Of a DNA stretch of 64,000 nucleotides, positions 22,118 through 32,289 are shown in pieces. The notes under the pieces were generated by a model. It was not told the origin of the DNA and did no database searches. It saw nothing but the letters and a program-made list of their open reading frames with translations. Made by a program: the position numbers and the translations under genes. The stretch's first letter is position 1. Each line of letters starts with the position of its first letter. This DNA comes from an uncultured Mycoplasmatota bacterium (GTDB taxonomy: Bacteria; Bacillota_I; Bacilli_A; RF39; UBA660), in NCBI GenBank assembly GCA_946497145.1, contig CAMMJA010000002.1, positions 4,332 through 68,331 on the forward strand. Direction: 5' to 3'.

Positions 22118-23968
22118 TTATTTTTTGTAGTACCAAATACGCAAAGCATTAACGACAGCCAACACAGTAACGCCGACATCCGCAAAAACTGCTAACCAAA
22201 TACCAGTAATACCAAGTGCTCCTAGTATTAAGACCAACATTTTGACTCCGATGGCTAAAATGATATTTTGCCATACTATCTTGCGAGTACGTTTTGCAAT
22301 ACTAATGGCCTCTAAAATCTTCGATGGTTGATCGTTCATAATAACCATATCACTTGCTTCGATGGCAGCATCACTACCAATACCTCCCATTGATATTCCA
22401 AGATCCGAAAGCATCAATACCGGAGCATCGTTGATACCATCACCAACAAAAGCAACCAAGTGTTTTTCATCACGTCTATTGATCAATTCTTCTACCTTTT
22501 TTACTTTATCTTGTGGTAATAAAGAGGCAGAATAATGCTGAATCCCCAATTCACTACTTACTTTGCGTACTTCTTCTTCACGGTCACCAGACAACAAATA
22601 AATATTAGAAATACCTATCTTTTTCAAAGAAGAAACCGTCTTTTGAGCATCGCTTTTCAATTGATCAGCAATCACCAAATACCCTTTGTATTTTCCATCT
22701 ACAGCAAGATAGATAATCGTACCTACTTCTTTTGGTCGATCATACACGATATCATGTTGTTTCATTAAACGTTCATTTCCCACTAAAACGTCTTGCCCTT
22801 GATACGCAATTGAAACACCGTTACCTGCAAACTCTTCTAAATTGCTAATGTCTTCTCTTTTTAATGATTTTCCATATGCATTTCGTATCGATACCGCGAT
22901 TGGATGTGTCGAATAAAATTCTGCATGGGCGGCATACTTCAGCACTTTATGCTTCGTAAATTCATTAACAGCAACTACTTTTATTACTTCAAAAGTACCT
23001 TTGGTAAGAGTCCCAGTTTTATCGAAGACAAACGTATCGACGTTGATCAACCTTTCTAAACTCTCACTTCCTTTTAACAAAATACCTCTATGTGATGCAC
23101 TTCCAATGCCACAGAAGAAACCAAGCGGAACCGAAACTACTAAAGCACAAGGACAAGAGACAACCAAAAATACTAAAGACCGATAGAACCAATCGTAAAA
23201 TTCACCATGCAAAAATAAAACAGGAACAATACAAATCAAAATAGCAAGAATCACAACAACTGGCGTATATACTTTAGCAAACTTTGTAATAAATGCTTCC
23301 GTATGTGCCTTTTTTGCTGCCGCATTTTGAATTAAATCCAATAGTTTGGCTACTGTAGACTCTTGTGCTTCTTTTAATACTTTAATCGTAAGTACACTAT
23401 TTAATACAATACTTCCACTTAATATTTCTTCGTTTTTTTCTACAGCAACAGGAACCGATTCTCCCGTCAACATCACTCGATCCACATAACCATTGCCATC
23501 GATAACAACACCATCCAGAGGTACTTTTTCCCCCGGCTTAACGACGATGATATCGCCAACTTTTACATCAAGTGGATCTACTTTCTTCAATTGGCTATCA
23601 GTTAACAAGTTGGCATAGTCGGCCCTTAAGTCCATAAGTTCCACAATCTTTTCTTTCGAGCGATCCACCGCACGATCACCAATGTATTCTCCAATTTGAT
23701 AGAACAACATGACCGCTACCGCTTCCGGATATTCCCCGATCACAAAAGCACCTACTGTTGCTACAATCATCAAAAACTTTTCATCAAAAAGATGCCTCCA
23801 CGACAAATGCTTAAAAAAACTCAAATAAACTTCAGTTGCCACAATAACATAAGCCAAAATATAGCACCCAAAAGAAATCTTTTCATAAGAATGTAAAACG
23901 AGCCCTAAAACAAAAATCAACCCTCCAATGACAATTTGCCAAAGAGAAAAATCAATCTTCTTTTTCAT
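22118..23968 (-). CDS. heavy-metal translocating P-type ATPase (Cd/Zn/Co type)
   Basis: CPC (SCPCALVVS), DKTGT and VGDGINDAP motifs. No N-terminal metal-binding domain. Confidence 0.92.
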   Translation of the reverse strand: MKKKIDFSLWQIVIGGLIFVLGLVLHSYEKISFGCYILAYVIVATEVYLSFFKHLSWRHLFDEKFLMIVATVGAFVIGEYPEAVAVMLFYQIGEYIGDRAVDRSKEKIVELMDLRADYANLLTDSQLKKVDPLDVKVGDIIVVKPGEKVPLDGVVIDGNGYVDRVMLTGESVPVAVEKNEEILSGSIVLNSVLTIKVLKEAQESTVAKLLDLIQNAAAKKAHTEAFITKFAKVYTPVVVILAILICIVPVLFLHGEFYDWFYRSLVFLVVSCPCALVVSVPLGFFCGIGSASHRGILLKGSESLERLINVDTFVFDKTGTLTKGTFEVIKVVAVNEFTKHKVLKYAAHAEFYSTHPIAVSIRNAYGKSLKREDISNLEEFAGNGVSIAYQGQDVLVGNERLMKQHDIVYDRPKEVGTIIYLAVDGKYKGYLVIADQLKSDAQKTVSSLKKIGISNIYLLSGDREEEVRKVSSELGIQHYSASLLPQDKVKKVEELINRRDEKHLVAFVGDGINDAPVLMLSDLGISMGGIGSDAAIEASDMVIMNDQPSKILEAISIAKRTRKIVWQNIILAIGVKMLVLILGALGITGIWLAVFADVGVTVLAVVNALRIWYYKK

Positions 23969-24263
23969 TTTCTTTTCCCCTTTCGTTAATATGATTTAAG
24001 CCATACTCTAAAATAATAGCGATATGGTGATCCGATAATTGGTAGTACACCTCTTTCCCCTCTTTTTTCACCTTTACCAAATTAAGTTGTCGCAGTGTCC
24101 GTAATTGATGAGAAACTGCCGACTGAGAAACTTGCGTCTTTTCGACAATTTCTCCTACGCAATAAGCATGATCTAACAATACAAATAATATTTTCAAACG
24201 TGTTTCATCAGAAAACACTTTATAAAACGTAGCCAAATCAAATAAAATATCTTCTTTTATCAT
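23952..24263 (-). CDS. ArsR/SmtB-family metalloregulator
   Basis: Winged HTH (ETRLKILFVL...SAVSHQLRTLRQ). Overlaps the ATPase start, suggesting an operon. Confidence 0.9.
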   Translation of the reverse strand: MIKEDILFDLATFYKVFSDETRLKILFVLLDHAYCVGEIVEKTQVSQSAVSHQLRTLRQLNLVKVKKEGKEVYYQLSDHHIAIILEYGLNHINERGKENEKED

Positions 24264-24277
24264 CTTATCCCTCCTTT

Positions 24278-24305
24278 ATATGAACATTTATTCATATGTT
24301 CATAT
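24278..24305. promoter_or_regulatory. ArsR-type operator (10-bp perfect inverted repeat)
   Basis: ATATGAACAT-N8-ATGTTCATAT lies 15 nt upstream of the arsR start. The TGAACA/TGTTCA half-sites are typical of SmtB/CzrA operators. Confidence 0.6.
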
Positions 24306-24496
24306 TTATTATATGATATTTTAATAGAAATTTGCAATAAAAAACAAACAAAAGATTAAATAAATACAAATATCATAAAATTTATGCTGTAAAAACACAT
24401 TTTCGTGAACGAAAGAGACGGTAATTTGACAAAATGATCATTTGGTTCTTTTTCGCAGTTATGATAAAGTGATGAAAAAAAGAAAGAAGGAAGAAA

Positions 24497-25981
24497 ATGA
24501 AAAAAATATTTTGCGTTTTATTGTTGTTCATTGGTGGTATGTTATGTTTTATTCCACGAGCACATGCACTAGAAAAATTTTACGAAGGAGAGTACATCCA
24601 CGATATTTTTATGGTAAGGGAAAATAATCGTAGACATATCTATCAAGCAGCACGATTTATCAGAAGAAACAGCGACCATCAATTTGCCTACTGCATCGAA
24701 CCCTTTTCTTTTGTAGACACTACACAAGCATACGAAAGCATGGTAAATCCCGATACGATCCCCCTAGAAACTTGGGAAAGAATATCCTTAATTGCTTACT
24801 ACGGCTATGGATATCCCAATCATAGTTCTAATAAATGGTATCCTATTACACAAATTATGATATGGAAAGCAATCGATCCCGAAAGCGACTTTTACTTTAC
24901 AGATTCCTTAGACGGCAACAAAATCGATATTTTCCAAGAAGAAATGAAGGAAATTGAATCACTCATTCAAAAGCATCAACAAAAGCCAAGTTTCCATAAT
25001 CAAACCATTACCATGGTACTAGGTACCAAAAAGACCATAACAGATCAAAATTACGTATTATCTTCTTATCACAGCGACAATTTAGATCCATCTATTACAC
25101 AAAACGATAACACATTGACTATCTATGCAAACAAAGTAGGTGAAAAAGAAATCCATTGGAGAAAAAAAGAAACGCAATACACGGTTCCTCCCCTACTTTA
25201 CTACCACCCAACTAGTCAAAACTTAATGACCGTAGGAATGGCTCCTACCAATCAAACCAATCTCAAAGTAAAAGTTATCGAAACCAATCTTATCATCAAT
25301 AAAATAGACAAAGACACCAAAACACAAGAAAGCCAAGGTGAGGCCCAATTAGAAGGAGCGATTTATGAATTATATGATCACAATCACAATCTCATCCAAA
25401 CTATAACCATACCAAAAACTAAAACCATAACCATTCCCAACTTAGATTTTGGAACCTATTATATCAAAGAAAAACAAGCAGGAATTGGTTACCAATTAGA
25501 TTCAAAACAATATTACTTTACCATAAATGAAAATACACACCATATAACTTTAAACATGGAAAACGCAGTAATCAAGAAAAAAATAGAACTATATAAAAAA
25601 TTTGGTGATCTTTCTCAAAATGAAATGCAACCGGAAGCAAACATTCCATTTGCTATTTACGATAAACAGGGAAATTTAATTACTACTCTTACTACCGATC
25701 AGAACGGCTATGCAACTACCATATTACCTTATGGGAAATATACAATAAAACAATTAAACAGCACCAACGGCTATCAAAAAGTCGACGACTTTGAAATTAT
25801 CGTCGATGAAAAGAGTGAGGATATTTTAACCTACACGTTGGATGATATCAAAATACCAGTGCCCAATACCAAAGAAAACCAAAATAATTTACAATCAGTT
25901 GTAATCATAAGTATAGCAATGACAGGACTTATTTATGCGAAAAAGAAAAAGCAAAATCGGATACACTTTATTACTCGGTAG
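24497..25981 (+). CDS. surface adhesin: putative thioester (TQxA-like) domain plus Cna-B/SpaA-type domains and a C-terminal sorting signal
   Basis: Signal peptide. AYCIEP and ITQIMIW motifs resemble the Cys-Gln thioester domain. Two GTYxIKExxAxxGY-type repeats. C-terminus is IPVPNTK followed by a hydrophobic stretch and KKKKQNR. Confidence 0.75.
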   Translation: MKKIFCVLLLFIGGMLCFIPRAHALEKFYEGEYIHDIFMVRENNRRHIYQAARFIRRNSDHQFAYCIEPFSFVDTTQAYESMVNPDTIPLETWERISLIAYYGYGYPNHSSNKWYPITQIMIWKAIDPESDFYFTDSLDGNKIDIFQEEMKEIESLIQKHQQKPSFHNQTITMVLGTKKTITDQNYVLSSYHSDNLDPSITQNDNTLTIYANKVGEKEIHWRKKETQYTVPPLLYYHPTSQNLMTVGMAPTNQTNLKVKVIETNLIINKIDKDTKTQESQGEAQLEGAIYELYDHNHNLIQTITIPKTKTITIPNLDFGTYYIKEKQAGIGYQLDSKQYYFTINENTHHITLNMENAVIKKKIELYKKFGDLSQNEMQPEANIPFAIYDKQGNLITTLTTDQNGYATTILPYGKYTIKQLNSTNGYQKVDDFEIIVDEKSEDILTYTLDDIKIPVPNTKENQNNLQSVVIISIAMTGLIYAKKKKQNRIHFITR

Positions 25982-26486
25982 TTATCTTATTATCTGCAAC
26001 ATTGTAAATCAATTTTATCCCGCCAAACAAGAAAGCATCGCAAAACAAACAGCGATCATTTCCCCAGAAAATGTGAAAACTTCTTATGCCATATTAGAAA
26101 TTCCAAAACTAGGACTTAAACAAACTTTGTTTTCTCAAGATGATCCACGTAATCATGTCGATCGAAGCGTGACCATATTAAAAGAATCTCAGTTACCCAA
26201 TCAAAAAAATTCTACTTTCATTCTAGCTGCTCATTCGGGAACAGGACCTCATGCCTATTTCAACGACATTCATAAATTACAAATAAAAGACGATATCATT
26301 GTTCATTATCAAGCAATGAAATATACCTATCAAATACAAACAAAATATGACGAAGATAAAACTGGATACATTCACTTGCCACAAACTACCAATCAAAGTC
26401 GTATTGTCCTTACCACTTGTAGTCAAAACAATCAAAAACAACTCGTCATAATTGGCGTTTTAACAAAAAAAGAAAGAGAAACTTAA
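25935..26486 (+). CDS. sortase-family transpeptidase
   Basis: LAAHSG (His) and VLTTC (Cys) motifs plus an N-terminal anchor. Overlaps the adhesin gene end. Confidence 0.8.
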   Translation: MRKRKSKIGYTLLLGSYLIICNIVNQFYPAKQESIAKQTAIISPENVKTSYAILEIPKLGLKQTLFSQDDPRNHVDRSVTILKESQLPNQKNSTFILAAHSGTGPHAYFNDIHKLQIKDDIIVHYQAMKYTYQIQTKYDEDKTGYIHLPQTTNQSRIVLTTCSQNNQKQLVIIGVLTKKERET

Positions 26487-28591
26487 CGTCTCTCTTTTTG
26501 TGTAAGAAATAATTGATCGTCTTTTACATCGACAACAATATCTTTTCCATAGGAAATATGGTCCATCAATATTTCTTTTGCAAGCATACTTTCTAAACTT
26601 CTACTTACAAAACGCTTTAATGGTCTTGCCCCATAATTTGGATCGTAACCGCGATTCAAAATATAATCTTTGGCTTTATCAGTTAAGATAATATGAAGAT
26701 CACGATCTTCCAAACGGTGTTCAATATCGCGAATAATCTTATCCAAAATTTTACGTACAACATCTTTGGTCAATGGTTTAAACACGATAATTTCATCGAT
26801 TCGGTTAATAAATTCCGGCCGGAATGTTTGTTGTAATTCCTTCATAACCAAATCCTTATTTCCCTCTAAGATATGATCGCTTCCTAAATTAGAAGTCATG
26901 ATGATAATGGTATTTTTAAAGTCAACCGTACGACCATTGGAATCCGTTACACGTCCATCGTCCAAAATCTGTAACAACAAATTCAAAACTTCAGGATGGG
27001 CTTTTTCAATTTCATCAAACAAAACGATACTATAAGGATTTCGACGAACCGCCTCCGTTAATTGTCCACCTTCTTCATATCCTACATATCCAGGAGGAGA
27101 TCCAATCAAACGAGAAACACTGAATTTTTCCATGTATTCGCTCATATCAATACGTACCATATGTTTTTCATCGTCGAACAATTCATAAGCCAAACTGCGG
27201 GCTACTTCCGTTTTTCCAACACCGGTTGGTCCTAAGAAAATGAAAGAGCCGATTGGTCTATTTGGATCTTTGATACCACTACGTGCTTTCATAATAGCAT
27301 CGCTTACTAAATGAAGTGCCTCTTCTTGTCCAATGACACGTTTTCCCAAATTTTCTTCGAGATGTAACAGCTTTTCCCGCTCTCCACTCATCAACTTACT
27401 AAGTGGAATATTGGTCCATTTCGAAATGATATTGGCAATTGATTCTTCCGTAACCGTATCACTCAAGATTTTGTTCTTCTCAATGGCTTGTAATTCTTGC
27501 AATTCCTTTTCTAACTTTGGAATATCACCGTGACGAAGTTTTGCAGCTCTCTCTAAATCATAGACATTTTCGGCTTGTTCCAATTGAAATCTGGCCTTTT
27601 CAATGTCTTGCTTTTTCGATTTAATTTGATCGTTCACTTGTTTTTCTTTTTCCCAAGCATCTTTTAAGATCTTTTCTTGTTCTTTTAACTTTTGTAGCGA
27701 TTCATCGATTTCTTCTTTACGTTTCTTCGATAATTGATCGGTTTCTTTCTTGATTGCTTGTCTTTCGATTTCTAGTTGCATAATCTCGCGAGTCAACGTA
27801 TCAAGTTCAATTGGAACGGAGTCCATTTGTACTCGAATCGTAGCGCAGGCCTCATCGACCAAGTCGATGGCCTTATCTGGCAAATAACGATCTGTAATAT
27901 AACGATTTGATAATGTTGCAGCTGCAATTAACGCTTTATCTTGAATTGATACTCCATGATGAATTTCAAAACGCTCTTTCAAGCCACGTAAAATGGTCAC
28001 CGTATCCATAACTGTTGGTTCGCTAACTTTAATCTTTTGAAATCTTCGCTCCAGTGCACCATCTTTTTCGATATACTTACGATATTCATTCAGTGTCGTC
28101 GCACCGATCACATGGATCTCACCACGCGCTAACATCGGTTTCAAAATATTGGATGTATCCATTGCTCCTTCCATATTTCCTGATCCAACAATGGTATGAA
28201 TTTCATCAATAAACATGATGATTTCGCCTTCACTTTTCTTAATTTCGTTCAATACGTTCTTCAACCGTTCCTCGAATTCACCACGATACTTAGCACCAGC
28301 AATCAAACTAGCCATATCAAGTTCCCATATCTCTTTATTTTTTAAACTGTTAGGAACATCACCTTTCACAATACGCTGCGCCAAGCCCTCGACAATGGCT
28401 GTTTTACCAACACCTGGTTCTCCGATTAACACCGGATTATTCTTCGTTTTACGCGATAAAATTCTGGTAATACTACGAATTTCTTCATCGCGCCCAATGA
28501 CCGGATCAATTTTTCCATTTTTTACGGCCTCGTTGATGTTGCGACCATATTTTTCTAACACATTTTCTTCTTCTTGATTATTTTGATACAT
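26483..28591 (-). CDS. clpB: ClpB-type AAA+ disaggregase lacking the N-terminal domain
   Basis: 702 aa starting at the position equivalent to about residue 150 of full-length ClpB. Two Walker A motifs ([16 protein letters not shown]) and a coiled-coil M-domain. Confidence 0.92.
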   Translation of the reverse strand: MYQNNQEEENVLEKYGRNINEAVKNGKIDPVIGRDEEIRSITRILSRKTKNNPVLIGEPGVGKTAIVEGLAQRIVKGDVPNSLKNKEIWELDMASLIAGAKYRGEFEERLKNVLNEIKKSEGEIIMFIDEIHTIVGSGNMEGAMDTSNILKPMLARGEIHVIGATTLNEYRKYIEKDGALERRFQKIKVSEPTVMDTVTILRGLKERFEIHHGVSIQDKALIAAATLSNRYITDRYLPDKAIDLVDEACATIRVQMDSVPIELDTLTREIMQLEIERQAIKKETDQLSKKRKEEIDESLQKLKEQEKILKDAWEKEKQVNDQIKSKKQDIEKARFQLEQAENVYDLERAAKLRHGDIPKLEKELQELQAIEKNKILSDTVTEESIANIISKWTNIPLSKLMSGEREKLLHLEENLGKRVIGQEEALHLVSDAIMKARSGIKDPNRPIGSFIFLGPTGVGKTEVARSLAYELFDDEKHMVRIDMSEYMEKFSVSRLIGSPPGYVGYEEGGQLTEAVRRNPYSIVLFDEIEKAHPEVLNLLLQILDDGRVTDSNGRTVDFKNTIIIMTSNLGSDHILEGNKDLVMKELQQTFRPEFINRIDEIIVFKPLTKDVVRKILDKIIRDIEHRLEDRDLHIILTDKAKDYILNRGYDPNYGARPLKRFVSRSLESMLAKEILMDHISYGKDIVVDVKDDQLFLTQKERR

Positions 28592-28635
28592 ACTATCACC
28601 TCTTTCTCTAAATCATTTCTTATTATACTCCTTTT

Positions 28636-28662
28636 TTAGCACTTGTCAATAAGGAGTGCTAA
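28636..28662. promoter_or_regulatory. CIRCE (HrcA operator) upstream of clpB
   Basis: TTAGCACTT-N9-GAGTGCTAA against the consensus TTAGCACTC-N9-GAGTGCTAA, located 45 nt upstream of the clpB ATG. Confidence 0.8.
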
Positions 28663-28697
28663 AATTTGCTAGAAAAAACAGTATTCTACCATACTGC

Positions 28698-30005
28698 CTA
28701 TTTTTCTTGTAACAATTCTAATGCTTGCTGCAATTGATTATCAGTATCATCCATCGGATTATCATAATAAGCATCAGCCATTTCTACTTCTGCATCTGGC
28801 TCGACACCCACTTCGTCAATACAAGTTCCATTTGGTGTCAACCATCTTTGCGTCGTATATTTAATCGTTGCTCCACTTTTTAATTCAAATGCTTGCTGAA
28901 CAGTTCCTTTTCCATATGTTGTTTCTCCTACTAAAGTAGCCCCATAGACCTCTTTCATAGCAGCAGCCAAGATCTCAGAAGCAGAAGCGCTAGTATGATT
29001 CATGAGAACAACAACCGGATAAGTTCTTTTTTCTTTCGTCCAATCATAAGTCGGTTCTTTGATTCCTTTGGTTTCAATCTGATACAAAACCTTTCCCTTC
29101 TCAATCATGAGCGAAAGCATTTCTGATACTTGTGTCAAATGCCCCCCTGGATTGTCCCTCACATCAATAATCAACGAATCGATCTTCTCTTTTTCTAGAT
29201 TTTCCAAAGCCGTTTTAAATTGTTTCGATGTATTGGCCGCAAAAATGTCAATATCCAAATAACCAATTTTTTTGTTATTACGCTCATAAACATGTGAATT
29301 AACCGAAGTGAGTTCTACTTTTTCTCGAACGACAACAACATCTTTAATTTCCTCATTTCGTTTTACTTGAATCGTAACATTCGTATTGGCCTTTCCCTTA
29401 ATCAAACCAGAAATATCAGAAAGTGATAAACCAGATACAGATTTTCCATCCACTTGTTGGATAACATCTCCTACCACAAGTCCTGCCTTCATCGCTGGAG
29501 AATCTTCAAACAAATACGATACACTTGCCTGATTATCTTTTAAAGTAATTTCAGCACCAATACCAACATAACTACCTTCTACTTTTTCGTTGAATGCTTC
29601 ACTTTCTACTTCATCCATATAGACAGAATGACTATCGTTTAAATATTCGATCATACCTTTAATACCAGCATCCAATAACTCTTCTTTGTCAAGATCTTGA
29701 TAATAATTTTCTGAAATATCGTAGTATGTCTGCACAAATTCTTGTAAATCTTCCGGAACAGCATCGCTTATCGAGTCATCATTTCGTGCTTCTTTTGTAT
29801 AAGTAACTGCACTTCCAATCAATGCACCAAACAAGATGGCAATCACCATGATGATAATAACTTCTAAAACGTTGAAGCCAGCACGTTTTTCGACAATTAC
29901 TTCACGAATCGTTTCCTCATCTTGTTTTTTCTCTTCTTGTTTCTCTTGATTAGAAGAATTTACTCGTTTTCTTTTTGTTTTTTTTTCTTCATCGATCTCT
30001 TTCAT
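28698..30005 (-). CDS. S41-family C-terminal processing peptidase
   Basis: TM anchor, PDZ region (GLVVGDVIQQVDG), and catalytic TSASASEI and GKGTVQ motifs. Confidence 0.9.
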   Translation of the reverse strand: MKEIDEEKKTKRKRVNSSNQEKQEEKKQDEETIREVIVEKRAGFNVLEVIIIMVIAILFGALIGSAVTYTKEARNDDSISDAVPEDLQEFVQTYYDISENYYQDLDKEELLDAGIKGMIEYLNDSHSVYMDEVESEAFNEKVEGSYVGIGAEITLKDNQASVSYLFEDSPAMKAGLVVGDVIQQVDGKSVSGLSLSDISGLIKGKANTNVTIQVKRNEEIKDVVVVREKVELTSVNSHVYERNNKKIGYLDIDIFAANTSKQFKTALENLEKEKIDSLIIDVRDNPGGHLTQVSEMLSLMIEKGKVLYQIETKGIKEPTYDWTKEKRTYPVVVLMNHTSASASEILAAAMKEVYGATLVGETTYGKGTVQQAFELKSGATIKYTTQRWLTPNGTCIDEVGVEPDAEVEMADAYYDNPMDDTDNQLQQALELLQEK

Positions 30006-30105
30006 ATTACACCTCGATTATGATATCATTATAATCATATCATAATTCGACTAAAAATAGAATGCAAAATAACAAAACCAGGACATTTTATCACAAAATT
30101 GTCAC

Positions 30106-30132
30106 TAAAAAAGCACTTGCTTTTCAAGTACT
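30106..30132 (-). terminator. rho-independent terminator downstream of tRNA-Asn
   Basis: Minus sense AGUACUUG-AAAAG-CAAGUGCU followed by a U6 tract. Confidence 0.55.
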
Positions 30133-30185
30133 CTTTTCTCAACAAGCATTCCTTATCAATCAAGAACTTTGCTGTTAATTCAACA

Positions 30186-30262
30186 TGGCGCCTCAACTAG
30201 GACTTGAACCTAGGACCCCTTGATTAACAGTCAAGTGCTCTAACCAACTGAGCTATTAAGGC
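30186..30262 (-). tRNA. tRNA-Asn (GUU)
   Basis: Minus-sense cloverleaf GCCTTAA...CTGTTAA...GGTTCAAGTCC...TTGAGGCGCCA with anticodon loop CU-GUU-AA and an encoded CCA. Confidence 0.9.
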
Positions 30263-30285
30263 AAATCTCAAATGAGATATTTTTA

Positions 30286-30840
30286 TTATTGCCCAAATTG
30301 ATTAAAATATTCTGTGATTGCCTCTTTTCCTTCATAAACAACAGAAACTTGATGATTAACAAAGTGAATCAAAGCCGGTTCACTAATTTTTAAATCAAGT
30401 GCACGAGATACGTATAAATTGCTTCCTTCTGTTGCACGATACATTTGATTAAGTGCATTTGTCATATCAACACGATAGTATGGTAGTGCATTTTCTTTAC
30501 TTTGATAAACGCTAAGTAACGTATCGTAAAGTCCTGCATCTACTCCATCTGTATAATAAAACAACACCAAATAAGATTCTTCTGCTTGATCAAAACTCTC
30601 TCCTGCCAAAATTTCTTCATACTGAATCGTCGTTTCTGTTTCATCTTGATCGTCTTTTCCAAATTGAATCTTGCCTGTTGCAAGTGCTGTAAAGAAATAA
30701 ACGGCTGCTAAAACAAACAAGACAATTACCGTAATCAAAATCACATTTTTCAATTCAGGTGAGTACGCTGTTGTAATTTTTGGTTGTTTCTTTTTGTTTA
30801 CTTTTTTCTTTTGTATCTGTTTTTTTGCCATTACATTCAC
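30286..30840 (-). CDS. membrane-anchored hypothetical protein
   Basis: K-rich N-terminus, one TM, then a soluble domain. No family recognised. Start may be M4. Confidence 0.6.
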   Translation of the reverse strand: MNVMAKKQIQKKKVNKKKQPKITTAYSPELKNVILITVIVLFVLAAVYFFTALATGKIQFGKDDQDETETTIQYEEILAGESFDQAEESYLVLFYYTDGVDAGLYDTLLSVYQSKENALPYYRVDMTNALNQMYRATEGSNLYVSRALDLKISEPALIHFVNHQVSVVYEGKEAITEYFNQFGQ

Positions 30841-30887
30841 CGCCTAATTAAAATTATAGCATACAAAAAAAATAAACACAACCGTGT

Positions 30888-31886
30888 TTATTTCATCGTC
30901 GGTATTACGTTGATAGATTGTGCGATTTCGATTAACTCTAGTTGATTCATCACATCACTCACCAAATAATATTCAATTCCATTGGAAGTCCAAGTAAGAG
31001 AATTATCTGTCAACGCACCGACTGTATCTACTAACATGTATGGTTCACCATAAGTTGGGATAATCGTAAATTCATCTTCTTTGCTTACTGTCTCTTCCAC
31101 CAATAAAAATGGTTTTTCTCCGTCAAATGACATAATCACTCTTTCTCCATCTGTTTTTTCTACCACATCTTGATCTGCTAATTTGGTTCCACTAGGAATA
31201 TATAATGGATAAATTACATCTTCAATACTGCTCGTTTCTTTCACTTCTTCTTCAATGGAAGCCGACTTCATAATTTCATCTAATATAAAATAGTTATCAT
31301 CAAAACTTGGATTCATGTCAATACTATGAAAGGTCATCTTCATTTGTGGAACATCCGTATCATCTAACACTTCAATCGTTTGAAACTTCAAATCTTTATC
31401 CATCGTAATTTTTTGTTTTACTAACTTACGATTATTTGGGTAATTGACGCTGGTAACAAAGGTATACGTTTTGCCTTCTTCTTTAAATGTTCTACTATCG
31501 TCGTTTTTAATATCATTTAATATTGATTGTAACAAATAAATTTGTGAATTATTGTATGGCCAATCACTTTGAAATTTAAAACTTTTGTTTAATGATGGTG
31601 TCAAAACATAAACTCCGTCACTATTTTTCAAAATAATTTGTTCATGGTTATTGGCTTTATTTTTTAAACTTACTTTATACATATCTTTTTGTTTATAGGC
31701 AACTGTCACATCATAATGATAACTATCATCGTTATTGATGATTTCTAGTTCGCCTTCTAACTGATATGCTTTCGCATTTTCGATATTTTTCGTCAAATCT
31801 TTGACAATATCACTTTCTGAATACTTGCCACATCCTGTAAAGCAACAGACCAATAATAGTATACCCAAAATTAGATATTTTTTCAT
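30888..31886 (-). CDS. lipoprotein (LolA-like/DUF4367-like fold suspected)
   Basis: Lipobox LLVCCFTGCG. Start set at MKKYLILG. Confidence 0.7.
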   Translation of the reverse strand: MKKYLILGILLLVCCFTGCGKYSESDIVKDLTKNIENAKAYQLEGELEIINNDDSYHYDVTVAYKQKDMYKVSLKNKANNHEQIILKNSDGVYVLTPSLNKSFKFQSDWPYNNSQIYLLQSILNDIKNDDSRTFKEEGKTYTFVTSVNYPNNRKLVKQKITMDKDLKFQTIEVLDDTDVPQMKMTFHSIDMNPSFDDNYFILDEIMKSASIEEEVKETSSIEDVIYPLYIPSGTKLADQDVVEKTDGERVIMSFDGEKPFLLVEETVSKEDEFTIIPTYGEPYMLVDTVGALTDNSLTWTSNGIEYYLVSDVMNQLELIEIAQSINVIPTMK

Positions 31887-32005
31887 TCTTTCACCCCATA
31901 AATTTATTTTCATTTAATTATATGGTTACAATAATTGAATATTCATGAATAATTTACATAAATTTGTTTATCCTATTAGTGAGTAGAAAAAAAGGAGGAA
32001 TAAGA

Positions 32006-32209
32006 ATGCAAACTTTACAAAAGATCGCATTGATTTTAGTAATCATTGGAGCAATCAACTGGGGACTTGTTGGTCTATTTAAATTTGACTTAGTCGCAGC
32101 CCTATTTGGTGATGCAGAAAACATTGTTGCTAGAGTAATCTATGTCTTAATTGGTATTTGCGGTATCATCAACGTTGGCTTACTATTTGATGATTTAGAT
32201 GGCAAATAA
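32006..32209 (+). CDS. DUF378-family small membrane protein
   Basis: GAINWGLVG motif. SD is AAAGGAGG-N7-ATG. Confidence 0.8.
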   Translation: MQTLQKIALILVIIGAINWGLVGLFKFDLVAALFGDAENIVARVIYVLIGICGIINVGLLFDDLDGK

Positions 32210-32289
32210 AAACATGCACTTAGCTCCTCCTAGGAGCTTTTGTTTTGCCAAAGAAAAACCAATTGATAAACATTCAATTGGTTTTTTGT

